This document shows positions 45,848 to 56,518 of a stretch of DNA of 64,000 nt, in pieces. The notes under the pieces were generated by a model. That model saw nothing but the letters and a program-made list of their open reading frames with translations, was not told the DNA's origin and searched no databases. A program made the translations under genes and the position numbers. This DNA is from Oscillospiraceae bacterium. Lineage in GTDB: Bacteria; Bacillota; Clostridia; Oscillospirales; Ruminococcaceae. How positions within the stretch are numbered: position 1 is the first letter of the stretch; each line of letters begins with the position of its first letter. The stretch is from the NCBI GenBank assembly GCA_022770625.1, contig JALEHK010000022.1, positions 23,800 to 87,799 of the forward strand, read 5' to 3'.

Positions 45848-47293
45848 ATGATCCATAAATACAGTCTGAACGGCTACAATATCGTTTTGGACGTTCACAG
45901 CGGCGGCGTTTCGATCGTAGACGATGCGGCTTACCGTCTGCTCGATTTTATCACCCCTCCGATGAGTGAAAAATGTCCGCAGGAGATTCTCGATAAGTTG
46001 ACCGGCGAGTTCTCTTTAGAGCAGTTGAATGAAGCCTACGGCGAGCTTTATGAGATGTATAAAGACGGGATCCTCTTCTCGGAGGATGATTACGCGCAGT
46101 TTGCCGACCGGATGGTCTCTTCTCCGGTCAAGGCCATGTGCCTTCTGGTCGCACAGGACTGCCAGCTCCGTTGCAAATACTGCTTCGCATCGACCGGCGA
46201 CTACGGCGGACACCGCGCGATGATGAGCTTTGAGACGGCCAAAAAGGCGATCGACTTCCTGATCGAAAAATCCGGCAAGCGCCGCAACCTAAACCTTGAC
46301 TTCTTCGGCGGTGAACCGCTGATGAACTGGAAGGTGATTCAGGAGACGGTCGCTTATGCCCGTGAGCAGGAAAAGCTCCACGATAAGCATTTTCTCTTTA
46401 CCGTCACCACCAACGGCGTTCAGCTGACCGACGATAAGATCGAGTACATGAATAAAGAGATGCACAACGTTGTCCTTTCGCTCGACGGAAGAAAGGAAGT
46501 CAACGACTTCTTCCGCGTCCGCGCCGACGGAAGCGGCTCTTACGATTCGATCGTTCCCAAGTTCCAGAAGTTTGCCAAGGCAAGAGGGAACAAGGAATAC
46601 TATGTCCGCGGCACCTTCACCAACAAAAACCTCGATTTTGCGGATGATGTGTTCCATTATTACGATGACCTCGGCTTTGACCAGATCTCGATGGAGCCGG
46701 TCGTTACCGATCCGAGCGTTGATTATGCGCTGACCGAAAAGGATATTCCGGCCGTCAACGCCGAGTATGAGCGCCTTGCCAAGAAGATCATTGAATACCG
46801 TAAGGCGGGTAAATTCTTTAACTACTTCCATTTCATGATCGACCTCGATCAGGGCCCCTGCGCGATCAAACGGCTGCGCGGCTGCGGCTGCGGCAACGAG
46901 TATGTCGCAGTTTCGGCAGATGGCGACGTTTATCCCTGCCATCAGTTCGTCGGCAAGGATGAGTGGAAGATGGGAAGCGTCTATACCCCCGAGACCTTCG
47001 ACCTGAAGATGAAGGAGTATTTCGCGAAAGCCAACGTCTACGCAAAAGAAGGATGTAAGGACTGCTGGGCGAAGTTCTACTGCTCGGGCGGCTGCAACGC
47101 CAACAACCTTGAGTACGCGGGCGATGTCTTAAAGCCCTTCCCGCTCAGCTGCGAGTTTGAGAAAAAGCGTCTGGAATGCGCGATCATGATTAAGGCGGCG
47201 CTCGCTTCTCAGGGCATCGAAAGCGGCGAATCGGACTCCTCCTGCGGCGACTGCGGTGACGAGTGCGAGGACGGCGGGCATAAGGTCTGCTGA
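45848..47293 (+). CDS. scfB: SCIFF peptide maturase, radical SAM/SPASM (thioether-forming)
   Basis: CQLRCKYCF radical-SAM CxxxCxxC motif, a C-terminal SPASM Cys cluster (GCGCGNEY..CHQF..CKDCWAKFYCSGGC), and a position immediately after scfA. Confidence 0.9.
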   Translation: MIHKYSLNGYNIVLDVHSGGVSIVDDAAYRLLDFITPPMSEKCPQEILDKLTGEFSLEQLNEAYGELYEMYKDGILFSEDDYAQFADRMVSSPVKAMCLLVAQDCQLRCKYCFASTGDYGGHRAMMSFETAKKAIDFLIEKSGKRRNLNLDFFGGEPLMNWKVIQETVAYAREQEKLHDKHFLFTVTTNGVQLTDDKIEYMNKEMHNVVLSLDGRKEVNDFFRVRADGSGSYDSIVPKFQKFAKARGNKEYYVRGTFTNKNLDFADDVFHYYDDLGFDQISMEPVVTDPSVDYALTEKDIPAVNAEYERLAKKIIEYRKAGKFFNYFHFMIDLDQGPCAIKRLRGCGCGNEYVAVSADGDVYPCHQFVGKDEWKMGSVYTPETFDLKMKEYFAKANVYAKEGCKDCWAKFYCSGGCNANNLEYAGDVLKPFPLSCEFEKKRLECAIMIKAALASQGIESGESDSSCGDCGDECEDGGHKVC

Positions 47294-47319
47294 GAAAAAA
47301 TTTTCTTAAAAAGATGGAA

Positions 47320-47353
47320 AAAACACGCGGGAACTCATTCCTGCGTGTTTTTG
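47320..47353 (+). terminator. Rho-independent terminator after scfB
   Basis: ACACGCGGGA / TCCTGCGTGT stem followed by TTTTT. Confidence 0.7.
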
Positions 47354-47431
47354 CGTCCTTTTGAAAGGTCTTGACTCCAAAAAGACAGCTTTTGAGCCGG
47401 AAAACGCCCAAAAAGTTTTTGAAAAAGGGTG

Positions 47432-47460
47432 TTGACAATTCCCGAAAAACGGTGTATACT
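47432..47460 (+). promoter_or_regulatory. promoter upstream of rpoB (TTGACA, 17-bp spacer, TATACT)
   Basis: TTGACA at 47432-47437 and TATACT at 47455-47460. An AT-rich leader of about 230 nt follows. Confidence 0.65.
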
Positions 47461-47690
47461 TATAAAATGTATCAGAATGGATATGTGTACCTATGCACCG
47501 CAGAAAACGGTATTTTGGACACATTTTTTCATGTTATTTTGTGCAAATGACGAATTGACTTTTGAAAGATAATTTGTTTACTTTGCACAAGCTTTTCATA
47601 TGCGTGCTGCCTTGCCTCGATTTTTAAGGGAAGAAAACCGGGGTGGGGGTATTGTGCGCTTCAAGTCAGATGAATGGAGTGATCAAGCCT

Positions 47691-50600
47691 ATGGTGAATG
47701 TCAAGCCTGTACAGCTCGGAAAGACGGAACGCAAGAGCTTTGCGCACATCAACGAAGTGCTGGAAATGCCCAATCTGATCGAGGTACAGATTAAATCCTA
47801 CCAGTGGTTCCTGGATGAGGGCTTAAAAGAGGTATTCCGCGACATCGCAGCGATTACCGACTATACCGGAAACCTGGTGCTGGATTTTGTCGATTACCGT
47901 CTCGATGAGACCCCGAAATATTCCGTTACCGAATGCAAAGAGCGTGACGTAACCTACGCAGCCCCGATGCGGGTCAAGGCCAGACTGCTGAATAAAGAGA
48001 CCGGCGAGGTTAAGGAGCAGGAAATCTACATGGGCGATTTCCCTCTGATGACCGAGAGCGGCACCTTTATCATCAACGGCGCGGAACGTGTTATCGTTTC
48101 TCAGCTGGTTCGTTCTCCCGGCGTATACTATGATGATGCGTTCGACAAGACCGGCAAGAAGCTTTACAAAGCGACCGTTATCCCCAACCGCGGCGCGTGG
48201 CTGGAATATGAGACCGATTCCCAGGATGTTTTCTATGTCCGTATCGATAAAAACCGCAAGCTCCCGATCACTGTCTTTATCCGTGCGCTTCTCCGCGTCC
48301 GCGATGACGTGACCTATGAGCAGGTTCAGGAGGATTACCGCTGCGCACTGACCGATATGAAGGGCACGACCGCAGAAGTCCTCGACCTCTTCGGCGATCA
48401 GGAAACGATCGTCACCACCCTCAACACCAAGGATCTGACCGAGGCTAAAGAGCGCCCGGCCGGAATGTGCCCCGGCGACGACGCGCTGCTTGAAGTTTAC
48501 CGCAAGCTCCGTCCCGGTGAGCAGCCCTCCCTCGAGGCGGCTGTCAAGCACATGGTTCCGCTGCTGTTTGACGACCACCGCTATGATCTTTCCAAGGTCG
48601 GTCGCTATAAGTACAACAAGAAGCTGGCGCTGGCTCCTCGTATCATGGGTCACGTCCTTGCTCAGCCGGTCATTGACACCGCGACCGGCGAGATCCTCGC
48701 TGAAGAAGGCGAGAAGCTGACCCGCGCACGCGCGATCGAACTCGAGCGCAAGGGCGTTGACGCCGTTTACATCCAGACTGAGGATGAGTCGGTAATCAAG
48801 GTTATCTCCAACGGCATGGTCGAGATCAGCGATTTTATTCCCGATCTGGACAAGAAAGAAGCGGGCATCAACGAGAAAGTCCGCTATAAAGTCCTCCGCG
48901 AGCTGATGGATCAGACTGAGGATCCTGCTGAACTGAAGAAGCTCATCAAGGCCAACGTCAACCGCCTGATCCCCAAGCACATCATTAAGGACGATATTCT
49001 CGCGACCATCAACTATATGAACTGCCTGGCGCACGGCATGGGCACCGTCGATGATATCGACCACCTTGGCAACCGCCGTATCCGCCCGGTCGGCGAACTG
49101 CTCCAGAACCAGTTCCGCATCGGTCTGACCCGTATGGAAAGAGTCGTCCGCGAAAAGATGACGATGATGCAGCAGGATTCCGAGGGCATTACCCCCCAGA
49201 GCCTGGTCAACATCCGTCCGGTCAGCGCCGCGATCAAAGAGTTCTTCGGCTCTTCTCCGCTTTCTCAGTTCATGGATCAGAACAACCCCCTGGCTGAGCT
49301 GACCCATAAGCGCCGTCTTTCGGCACTGGGCCCCGGCGGTCTGTCCCGTGACCGCGCGTCCTTCGAAGTCCGTGACGTACATTACACCCATTACGGGCGG
49401 ATGTGCCCCATCGAGACCCCTGAAGGCCCGAACATCGGTCTGATCTCCTATCTCGCGACCTTCGCGCGGATCAACGACTACGGCTTTATCGAGGCTCCCT
49501 ACCGCAAGATTGATAAAGCGACCGGTGTTGTCACCAACGAGGTCGAATATATGACCGCCGACGTCGAGGATGAGGTTGTTGTCGCTCAGGCAAACACTCC
49601 CCTGACCGAGGACGGACATTTCGCCACCCCCCGTATCACCGCCCGTTTCCGCGAAGAGATCATGGAAATCGACGCCGAGCGCGCCGACTACATGGACGTT
49701 TCGCCGAAGATGGTCGTTTCGGTCGCAACCGCGATGATCCCCTTCCTGGAAAACGATGACGCGAACCGCGCACTGATGGGCGCGAACATGCAGCGTCAGG
49801 GCGTTCCGCTGCTCAAGACCGAGCAGCCGATCGTAGCGACCGGTATGGAATACAAGGCCGCTGTTGACTCGGGCGTCTGTGTCGTCGCAAAGGCGGACGG
49901 CGTTGTCGAAAGAGTCGATGCCAACGAAGTTCAGGTTCGTGAAAAAGACGGAAACCTGCGCAAATACGAAATCCTCAAGTTCAAACGCTCCAACCAGGGC
50001 ACCTGTGTCAACCAGCGTCCGATCGTCTCCAAGGGCGAAGAGATCAAGAAGGGACAGGTTGTCGCCGACGGCCCCGCGACCTGCAACGGCGAGATCTCGC
50101 TGGGCAAGAACGCGCTGATCGGCTTCATGACCTGGGAAGGCTACAATTACGAGGATGCGGTTCTGATCAACGAACGCCTTGTCCGCGATGACGTTTACAC
50201 CTCGATCCATATCGAAGAGTATGAGACGGAAGCGCGCGACACCAAACTGGGCGCAGAAGAGATCACCCGCGATATTCCCAACGTTTCTGAAGATTCCCTC
50301 AAAGACCTCGACGAGCGCGGCATCATCCGCATCGGCGCCGAAGTCCGGTCGGGCGATCTTCTGGTCGGTAAGGTTACGCCCAAGGGCGAGACCGAGCTGA
50401 CGGCCGAAGAAAGACTTCTCCGCGCAATCTTCGGCGAAAAGGCAAGAGAGGTCAGAGATACCTCGCTCCGTCTGCCGCACGGCGCTTACGGCACCATCGT
50501 CGATGTCAAGGTCTTTACCCGCGAGAACAGCGACGAGCTGACCGCCGGCGTCAATATGGTTGTCCGCTGCTATGTTGCCCAGAGAAGAAAGCTCTCGGTC

Positions 50601-51512
50601 GGCGACAAGATGGCAGGCCGCCACGGCAACAAGGGTGTCGTTTCCAGAATCCTTCCTCAGGAGGATATGCCCTTCCTCGAGGACGGCACGCCTCTGGATA
50701 TCGTCCTGAACCCCCTGGGCGTTCCTTCCCGTATGAACATCGGGCAGGTTCTGGAAGTCAACCTCGGCTATGCGGCGAGATCCCTCGGCTGGAAGGTCAT
50801 GACCCCCGTATTCGACGGCGCACACGAAGAAGACATCCGCGCGATGCAGCGTGAAGCGGGCATTCCCGAGGACGGAAAGCTCACTCTTTACGATGGACGC
50901 ACCGGCGAAAAATTTGATAACCGCGTAACGGTCGGTATCATGTACTACATGAAGCTGCACCATCTGGTTGACGATAAGATCCATGCCCGTTCGACCGGCC
51001 CCTACTCGCTCGTTACCCAGCAGCCTCTGGGCGGTAAAGCACAGTTCGGCGGCCAGCGTTTCGGTGAGATGGAGGTCTGGGCGCTGGAAGCATACGGCGC
51101 CGCCTATACCCTGCAGGAAATCCTTACGGTCAAATCGGACGACGTTGTCGGACGTGTCAAGACCTATGAGGCGATTGTCAAGGGCCACAACATTCCGCAG
51201 TCCGGCGTACCGGAATCCTTCAAGGTTCTGGTTAAGGAGCTGCAGAGCCTTTGCCTGGACATCAAGGTTCTGGATAAGCAGGGAGAAGAAATCGACCTCA
51301 AGCAGACCTTTGAGGATGACGAGGATATTTCCTTCCGCTCCGCAGAGGAGGATGACCGCTACAGTGACCCTGACGCTTTCTCGGTCAAAGAGGACGGCGA
51401 TATGGAAGGCTATACCACCGGCGATGCCGAGGATATGCTGGACAACAGCGAGCCTGAATTTGATCCCGATGAGGGCGACTCTTACAGCGATAACGACGAT
51501 CTGGATTTTTAA
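47691..51512 (+). CDS. rpoB: DNA-directed RNA polymerase subunit beta
   Basis: [33 protein letters not shown]... and canonical beta-subunit blocks throughout (e.g. [35 protein letters not shown]). The ATG 47691 start gives the usual N-terminus. Confidence 0.98.
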   Translation: MVNVKPVQLGKTERKSFAHINEVLEMPNLIEVQIKSYQWFLDEGLKEVFRDIAAITDYTGNLVLDFVDYRLDETPKYSVTECKERDVTYAAPMRVKARLLNKETGEVKEQEIYMGDFPLMTESGTFIINGAERVIVSQLVRSPGVYYDDAFDKTGKKLYKATVIPNRGAWLEYETDSQDVFYVRIDKNRKLPITVFIRALLRVRDDVTYEQVQEDYRCALTDMKGTTAEVLDLFGDQETIVTTLNTKDLTEAKERPAGMCPGDDALLEVYRKLRPGEQPSLEAAVKHMVPLLFDDHRYDLSKVGRYKYNKKLALAPRIMGHVLAQPVIDTATGEILAEEGEKLTRARAIELERKGVDAVYIQTEDESVIKVISNGMVEISDFIPDLDKKEAGINEKVRYKVLRELMDQTEDPAELKKLIKANVNRLIPKHIIKDDILATINYMNCLAHGMGTVDDIDHLGNRRIRPVGELLQNQFRIGLTRMERVVREKMTMMQQDSEGITPQSLVNIRPVSAAIKEFFGSSPLSQFMDQNNPLAELTHKRRLSALGPGGLSRDRASFEVRDVHYTHYGRMCPIETPEGPNIGLISYLATFARINDYGFIEAPYRKIDKATGVVTNEVEYMTADVEDEVVVAQANTPLTEDGHFATPRITARFREEIMEIDAERADYMDVSPKMVVSVATAMIPFLENDDANRALMGANMQRQGVPLLKTEQPIVATGMEYKAAVDSGVCVVAKADGVVERVDANEVQVREKDGNLRKYEILKFKRSNQGTCVNQRPIVSKGEEIKKGQVVADGPATCNGEISLGKNALIGFMTWEGYNYEDAVLINERLVRDDVYTSIHIEEYETEARDTKLGAEEITRDIPNVSEDSLKDLDERGIIRIGAEVRSGDLLVGKVTPKGETELTAEERLLRAIFGEKAREVRDTSLRLPHGAYGTIVDVKVFTRENSDELTAGVNMVVRCYVAQRRKLSVGDKMAGRHGNKGVVSRILPQEDMPFLEDGTPLDIVLNPLGVPSRMNIGQVLEVNLGYAARSLGWKVMTPVFDGAHEEDIRAMQREAGIPEDGKLTLYDGRTGEKFDNRVTVGIMYYMKLHHLVDDKIHARSTGPYSLVTQQPLGGKAQFGGQRFGEMEVWALEAYGAAYTLQEILTVKSDDVVGRVKTYEAIVKGHNIPQSGVPESFKVLVKELQSLCLDIKVLDKQGEEIDLKQTFEDDEDISFRSAEEDDRYSDPDAFSVKEDGDMEGYTTGDAEDMLDNSEPEFDPDEGDSYSDNDDLDF

Positions 51513-51530
51513 TGGAAGAGGGAGTTACGA

Positions 51531-54500
51531 GTGGAGTTTAATACGTTTGAAGCAATCAAAATCGGACTGGCTTCCCCCGAAAAGATTCTTGAATGGTCTT
51601 ACGGCGAGGTCACCAAGCCCGAAACCATCAACTACCGCACGCTTAAACCCGAACGGGACGGCCTGTTCTGTGAAAGAATCTTTGGGCCGACCAAGGACTG
51701 GGAATGCCACTGCGGAAAATATAAACGCCTTCGTTACAAAGGCAAGATCTGCGATAAGTGCGGTGTAGAGGTTACCCGTTCCAAGGTTCGCCGCGAACGG
51801 ATGGGTCACATCACACTGGCGGCTCCTGTTTCCCATATCTGGTATTTCAAGGGCATTCCTTCCCGTATGGGTCTGATCCTCGATATCTCGCCCCGGAGAC
51901 TGGAGGAAGTCCTCTACTTTGCCAAATATATCGTAACCGATCCCGGCAACACGCCCCTGACCAAGGGACAGCTGCTGGATGAAAAAGAGTATGCGTATCA
52001 GCGTGAGATCTATGAGGACGATTTTGAGGCCGGCATGGGCGCGGAAGCAATCAAAAAGCTTCTGCACGACCTCGACCTCGAGTCCCTCTCGGTTGAGCTG
52101 AAAGCACAGCTCAAAGACGCTTCCGGTCAGAAGAAGGTCAGAATCCTCAAGCGTCTGGAATGCGTTGAAGCATTCCGTCTTTCCGGACAGAAACCGGAAT
52201 GGATGATTATGGACGTTGTTCCGATCATCCCTCCGGATATCCGCCCGATGGTTCAGCTGGACGGCGGACGGTTCGCCTGCTCCGACCTGAATGACCTGTA
52301 CAGAAGAGTCATCAATCGCAACAACCGCTTAAAACGGCTGCTTGAGCTTCAGGCTCCCGATATCATCGTCCGCAACGAGAAGCGTATGCTTCAGGAAGCG
52401 GTCGATGCACTGATCGACAACGGCCGCCGCGGACGCCCCGTCACCGGCCCCAACAACCGTTCGCTCAAATCCCTTTCGGATATGCTCAAAGGTAAACAGG
52501 GTCGATTCAGACAGAACCTTCTTGGTAAGCGTGTTGACTATTCCGGCCGAAGCGTTATCGTCGTTGGACCTGACCTGAAGATGGATCAGTGCGGCGTTCC
52601 GAAGGAGATGGCGCTCGAGCTGTTCAAGCCGTTTGTCATGAAGCGGCTGGTCGAGACCGGCGCTGCCGCCAACATCAAGTCGGCTCGTAAGGCTGTTGAC
52701 CGCGCGAAACCCGAGGTCTGGGATGCACTGGAAGTCGTTATCAAAGACCATCCCGTCATGCTCAACCGTGCGCCTACCCTGCACCGTCTGGGCATCCAGG
52801 CGTTCGAACCGGTTCTGGTCGAGGGCAGAGCGCTCAAGCTCCATCCTCTGGCCTGTACCGCATACAACGCCGACTTCGACGGCGACCAGATGGCAATTCA
52901 CGTTCCGCTTTCCGCCGAAGCACAGGCGGAGGCGCGCTTCCTGATGCTGGCTGCGAACAACCTGTTAAAGCCCGCAGACGGCAAGCCGATCACCGTTCCT
53001 ACTCAGGATATGATCCTCGGTTCCTACTATCTGACGATGATCAAACCCGGCGACATGGGCGAAGGCAAGATCTTCCGCGATGTCAACGAGGTTCTGATGG
53101 CTTATCAGGACGGCATCATCACCCTTCAGGCCAAGATCAAGGTCAGAATGGTCAAGGGGCAGGACAGCCAGATCATCGAAACGACCTGCGGCCGTCTGAT
53201 CTTCAACGCTCCGATCCCTCAGGATCTGGGATTTGTGGACAGAAGCGATCCCGCCAACAAGTTCAAGCTTGAGATCGAGTTCAAGGTCGGCAAGAAGGAA
53301 TTGGGCAAGATCATCGACCGCTGCATCCGTGTACACGGAACCGCCCGCACCTGTGAGGTCCTCGACCAGATCAAGGCGCAGGGCTATAAATACTCGACCA
53401 AGGGCGCAATCACCGTTGCTGTCAGCGACGCGACCATCCCCGCTGAAAAGAAACAGCTCGTTTCCGAAGCGGAGCAGGCAGCCCTCAAGGTCAACCGCCA
53501 GTACGAGAGCGGTCTTCTCTCCGAGCAGGAAAGAAAAGACCGTGTTATCCGTATCTGGAACGATACCACCAACGCTGTTGCTGAAGCACAGACCGCGAGC
53601 ATGGATGAGTTCAACCCCATCTTCATGATGGCTGACTCGGGCGCGCGTGGTTCAAAAGCTCAGATCAGACAGCTCGCCGGTATGCGCGGCCTGATCGCGA
53701 ATACCGCCGGTGCGACCATCGAACTTCCTATCAAGGCCAACTACCGTGAAGGCCTTACCATTCTGGAATACTTCATCTCCTCCCGAGGCGCCCGTAAAGG
53801 TCTGGCCGATACCGCTCTTCGTACCGCCGACTCTGGTTATCTGACCAGACGTCTGGTTGACGTTTCGCAGGACGTTATCATCCGCCAGGAGGACTGCGGC
53901 ACCGACGACGGACTTGTCATCAGCGATATTCGCGAAGGCAAGGAAATGATCGAGACCCTTCAGGAACGTCTCCAGGGTCGTTATCTGGTCGATGATTTCG
54001 TCGATCCCGCGACCGGCGAAGTTCTCGTTTCCAACGACAAGATCATGGATGAAGAGGACGCCAAGAAGATTATTGCAACGGGCGCTACCTCGGTCAAGAT
54101 CCGCTCGATCCTGACCTGCCACTCGCCTCAGGGCATCTGCGCCAAGTGCTACGGCGCGAACCTTGCAAACGGCAAGGCAATCGCGGTCGGCGAAACGGTC
54201 GGCGTAATCGCCGCTCAGTCGATCGGCGAACCCGGTACCCAGCTGACGATGCGTACCTTCCATACCGGCGGTATTGCAAACGCAGAGGATATTACTCAGG
54301 GTCTTCCGAGGGTCGTCGAGCTGTTTGAGAGCCGCAAGCCCAAGAACAGCGCCATCATCTCCGAGATCGGCGGCAGCGTCCATTTCACCGAAGAAAAGCG
54401 CCAGACGGTCATCGTCGTTACCGGCGAAGAGGGCGAAAAGCGCTACAACATTCCTTACGGCTTCAAGATCAAGGTCTCCGAAGGCCAGGTTATCAACCTT

Positions 54501-55070
54501 GGCGATCCGCTGACCGAAGGTGCGGTCAACCCGCATGACATCCTCGCCGTCAAGGGCGAAAAGGCTGTTCAGGACTACCTGATCAGCGAGGTTCAGAAGA
54601 CCTACCGCTTGCAGGGCGTTGATACCAACGATAAGCACATCGAGGTTATCGTCCGCCAGATGATGAAGAAAGTCCGGATCAAGGATCCCGGATCCACCGA
54701 ACTGCTGACCGGCTCGATCATGGAGCGCGGCGACGTTTACCGTGAAAACCAGCGTCTCCAGGCGCGGATCGACGCGGGCGAAGCAGTTTCGCTCATCACC
54801 TATGAGCCTGTCCTGCTCGGTATCACTAAGGCTGCGCTTGCAACCGAGTCCTTCCTGTCGGCTGCGTCCTTCCAGGAGACCACCAAGGTTCTGACCGACG
54901 CCGCGATCAAGGGCAAGACCGACCATCTGATGGGTCTGAAAGAGAACGTTATTATCGGTAAGCTGATTCCTGCCGGCACCGGCATGAGATGCTATAACGA
55001 AGTCGAGGTCGTTCCGACCAAGGCTGAGGGAGAAGAAACCCCTGTACAGCCTGCGACTCCTGCCGACTAA
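51531..55070 (+). CDS. rpoC: DNA-directed RNA polymerase subunit beta'
   Basis: Zinc-finger [20 protein letters not shown], catalytic NADFDGDQM, and GTG start after AGAGGGAG. Confidence 0.98.
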   Translation: MEFNTFEAIKIGLASPEKILEWSYGEVTKPETINYRTLKPERDGLFCERIFGPTKDWECHCGKYKRLRYKGKICDKCGVEVTRSKVRRERMGHITLAAPVSHIWYFKGIPSRMGLILDISPRRLEEVLYFAKYIVTDPGNTPLTKGQLLDEKEYAYQREIYEDDFEAGMGAEAIKKLLHDLDLESLSVELKAQLKDASGQKKVRILKRLECVEAFRLSGQKPEWMIMDVVPIIPPDIRPMVQLDGGRFACSDLNDLYRRVINRNNRLKRLLELQAPDIIVRNEKRMLQEAVDALIDNGRRGRPVTGPNNRSLKSLSDMLKGKQGRFRQNLLGKRVDYSGRSVIVVGPDLKMDQCGVPKEMALELFKPFVMKRLVETGAAANIKSARKAVDRAKPEVWDALEVVIKDHPVMLNRAPTLHRLGIQAFEPVLVEGRALKLHPLACTAYNADFDGDQMAIHVPLSAEAQAEARFLMLAANNLLKPADGKPITVPTQDMILGSYYLTMIKPGDMGEGKIFRDVNEVLMAYQDGIITLQAKIKVRMVKGQDSQIIETTCGRLIFNAPIPQDLGFVDRSDPANKFKLEIEFKVGKKELGKIIDRCIRVHGTARTCEVLDQIKAQGYKYSTKGAITVAVSDATIPAEKKQLVSEAEQAALKVNRQYESGLLSEQERKDRVIRIWNDTTNAVAEAQTASMDEFNPIFMMADSGARGSKAQIRQLAGMRGLIANTAGATIELPIKANYREGLTILEYFISSRGARKGLADTALRTADSGYLTRRLVDVSQDVIIRQEDCGTDDGLVISDIREGKEMIETLQERLQGRYLVDDFVDPATGEVLVSNDKIMDEEDAKKIIATGATSVKIRSILTCHSPQGICAKCYGANLANGKAIAVGETVGVIAAQSIGEPGTQLTMRTFHTGGIANAEDITQGLPRVVELFESRKPKNSAIISEIGGSVHFTEEKRQTVIVVTGEEGEKRYNIPYGFKIKVSEGQVINLGDPLTEGAVNPHDILAVKGEKAVQDYLISEVQKTYRLQGVDTNDKHIEVIVRQMMKKVRIKDPGSTELLTGSIMERGDVYRENQRLQARIDAGEAVSLITYEPVLLGITKAALATESFLSAASFQETTKVLTDAAIKGKTDHLMGLKENVIIGKLIPAGTGMRCYNEVEVVPTKAEGEETPVQPATPAD

Positions 55071-55080
55071 CTTCGTATCA

Positions 55081-55113
55081 AAACCGTCTCCGGCTTTCCG
55101 GAGGCGGTTTTTG
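55081..55113 (+). terminator. Rho-independent terminator after rpoC
   Basis: AAACCGTCTCCGG / CCGGAGGCGGTTT stem followed by TTTTG. Confidence 0.85.
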
Positions 55114-55199
55114 TGCCGAAAATGTGCAAATAGGACAGTTTTGCGGAAAAATAACCGACAAACTTTTCTTGTCATTTTTGGCGGTTTTTCCGATTTTTC

Positions 55200-55228
55200 T
55201 TGACAGGGGAGTAAACCTGTGATAGAAT
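55200..55228 (+). promoter_or_regulatory. str-operon promoter (TTGACA, 17-bp spacer, TGaTAGAAT)
   Basis: TTGACA at 55200-55205 and TAGAAT at 55223-55228, with an extended -10 TG. Confidence 0.7.
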
Positions 55229-55281
55229 AAATAATTGTGTGGGGAATCATCCTCACCAATAAATATGTAAGGAGGTGCCAT

Positions 55282-55707
55282 ATGCCTACTTTTAACCAGC
55301 TCGTTAGAAAAAGCAGATCTTCCCTGGTTAAGAAGTCTACTGCGCCTGCTCTGAACCGTGGATACAACTCCATGACCAAAGAGGCGACTGACCAGACTTC
55401 CCCCCAGAAGAGAGGCGTCTGCACTGCAGTCAGAACTATGACCCCTAAAAAGCCTAACTCTGCACTGAGAAAAGTTGCCAGAGTTCGTCTGACCAACGGA
55501 ATGGAAGTATCAGCTTATATTCCCGGTGAAGGTCATAACCTGCAGGAACACTCTGTTGTTATGATCCGCGGCGGACGTGTCAAAGACCTTCCTGGTGTTC
55601 GTTACCACATTATCCGTGGTACTCTGGATACTCAGGGTGTCAACGGCAGAATGCAGTCCCGTTCCAAATACGGTGCAAAGCGTCCGAAAGCTGGTGCGAA
55701 GAAGTAA
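55282..55707 (+). CDS. rpsL: 30S ribosomal protein S12
   Basis: [10 protein letters not shown]...[16 protein letters not shown]...; RBS AAGGAGG. Confidence 0.98.
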   Translation: MPTFNQLVRKSRSSLVKKSTAPALNRGYNSMTKEATDQTSPQKRGVCTAVRTMTPKKPNSALRKVARVRLTNGMEVSAYIPGEGHNLQEHSVVMIRGGRVKDLPGVRYHIIRGTLDTQGVNGRMQSRSKYGAKRPKAGAKK

Positions 55708-55845
55708 TTCCGCGAGGCCGGATTAACGGCTGACCGAAGGCCCATATGGCACGATTCAACAGGGTTGATTCGGCCTTTGAGCGCTGACGGAGGAAATTTT
55801 ACTTTCGAGTACCGATGAATTCATTCTGTGAAGGAGGGAAGTAAA

Positions 55846-56316
55846 GTGCCTAGAAGAGGTCGAATTGCCAAACGTGATGTTCTGGCAGATCCTGTATACA
55901 ATTCTAAACTGGTCACCCGTCTGGTCAACAGCATCATGCTGGACGGCAAGAAGGGTGTCGCTCAGAAGATCGTCTACGGTGCATTTGATATCGTAGCCGA
56001 GAAGACCGGTAAAGATGCTCTCGATGCTTTTACCGAAGCACTCGAAAACATTATGCCCGTTCTGGAGGTTAAGTCCCGTCGTGTCGGCGGCGCTACCTAC
56101 CAGGTCCCGATGGAAGTCCGTCCCGAAAGAAGACAGACTCTGGGACTCAGATGGCTTACCGCTTATGCAAGAGCCCGTTCCGAGAAGACCATGAGAGAGC
56201 GCCTTGCCGGCGAGATCATGGACGCTCTGAACAACACCGGCGGAGCCTGCAAGAAACGTGATGATACCCATAAGATGGCAGAAGCCAACAAGGCTTTCGC
56301 TCATTTCAGATGGTAA
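55846..56316 (+). CDS. rpsG: 30S ribosomal protein S7
   Basis: (V->M)[27 protein letters not shown]..., GTG start after GAAGGAGGGAAG, and a C-terminal [14 protein letters not shown]. Confidence 0.98.
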   Translation: MPRRGRIAKRDVLADPVYNSKLVTRLVNSIMLDGKKGVAQKIVYGAFDIVAEKTGKDALDAFTEALENIMPVLEVKSRRVGGATYQVPMEVRPERRQTLGLRWLTAYARARSEKTMRERLAGEIMDALNNTGGACKKRDDTHKMAEANKAFAHFRW

Positions 56317-56518
56317 TTGCTGCTTTTTAACGAAAGCCGCATAAATGTTTCCTCTCTTGGCAATACTGTCAAGCGGAAACGGAAAACGTTTTTTGATAAT
56401 ACGATCAGCGCGGCAGGGGGAACAGATGATCCCGCTGCCTCGACTGGAATATAGAGTAAGTTTGAAAGCGCAGCTTTCACTCGTATTTTGTGCCAACATA
56501 TTAAAAGGATGAATGATT

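Noticed and set aside
47823-51188. 1121-aa ORF on the minus strand
   Set aside because: It is entirely antisense to rpoB, whose product is unmistakable. Its translation is low-complexity (rich in Arg, Ala, Gly, Asp and Val), as expected of mirror-frame ORFs in GC-rich coding DNA, and it has no RBS.
53652-55496. 614-aa minus-strand ORF spanning the rpoC 3' end, the terminator, the promoter and the rpsL start
   Set aside because: It crosses a terminator and a promoter and is antisense to two highly conserved genes. It is an artefact of stop-codon-poor antisense frames.
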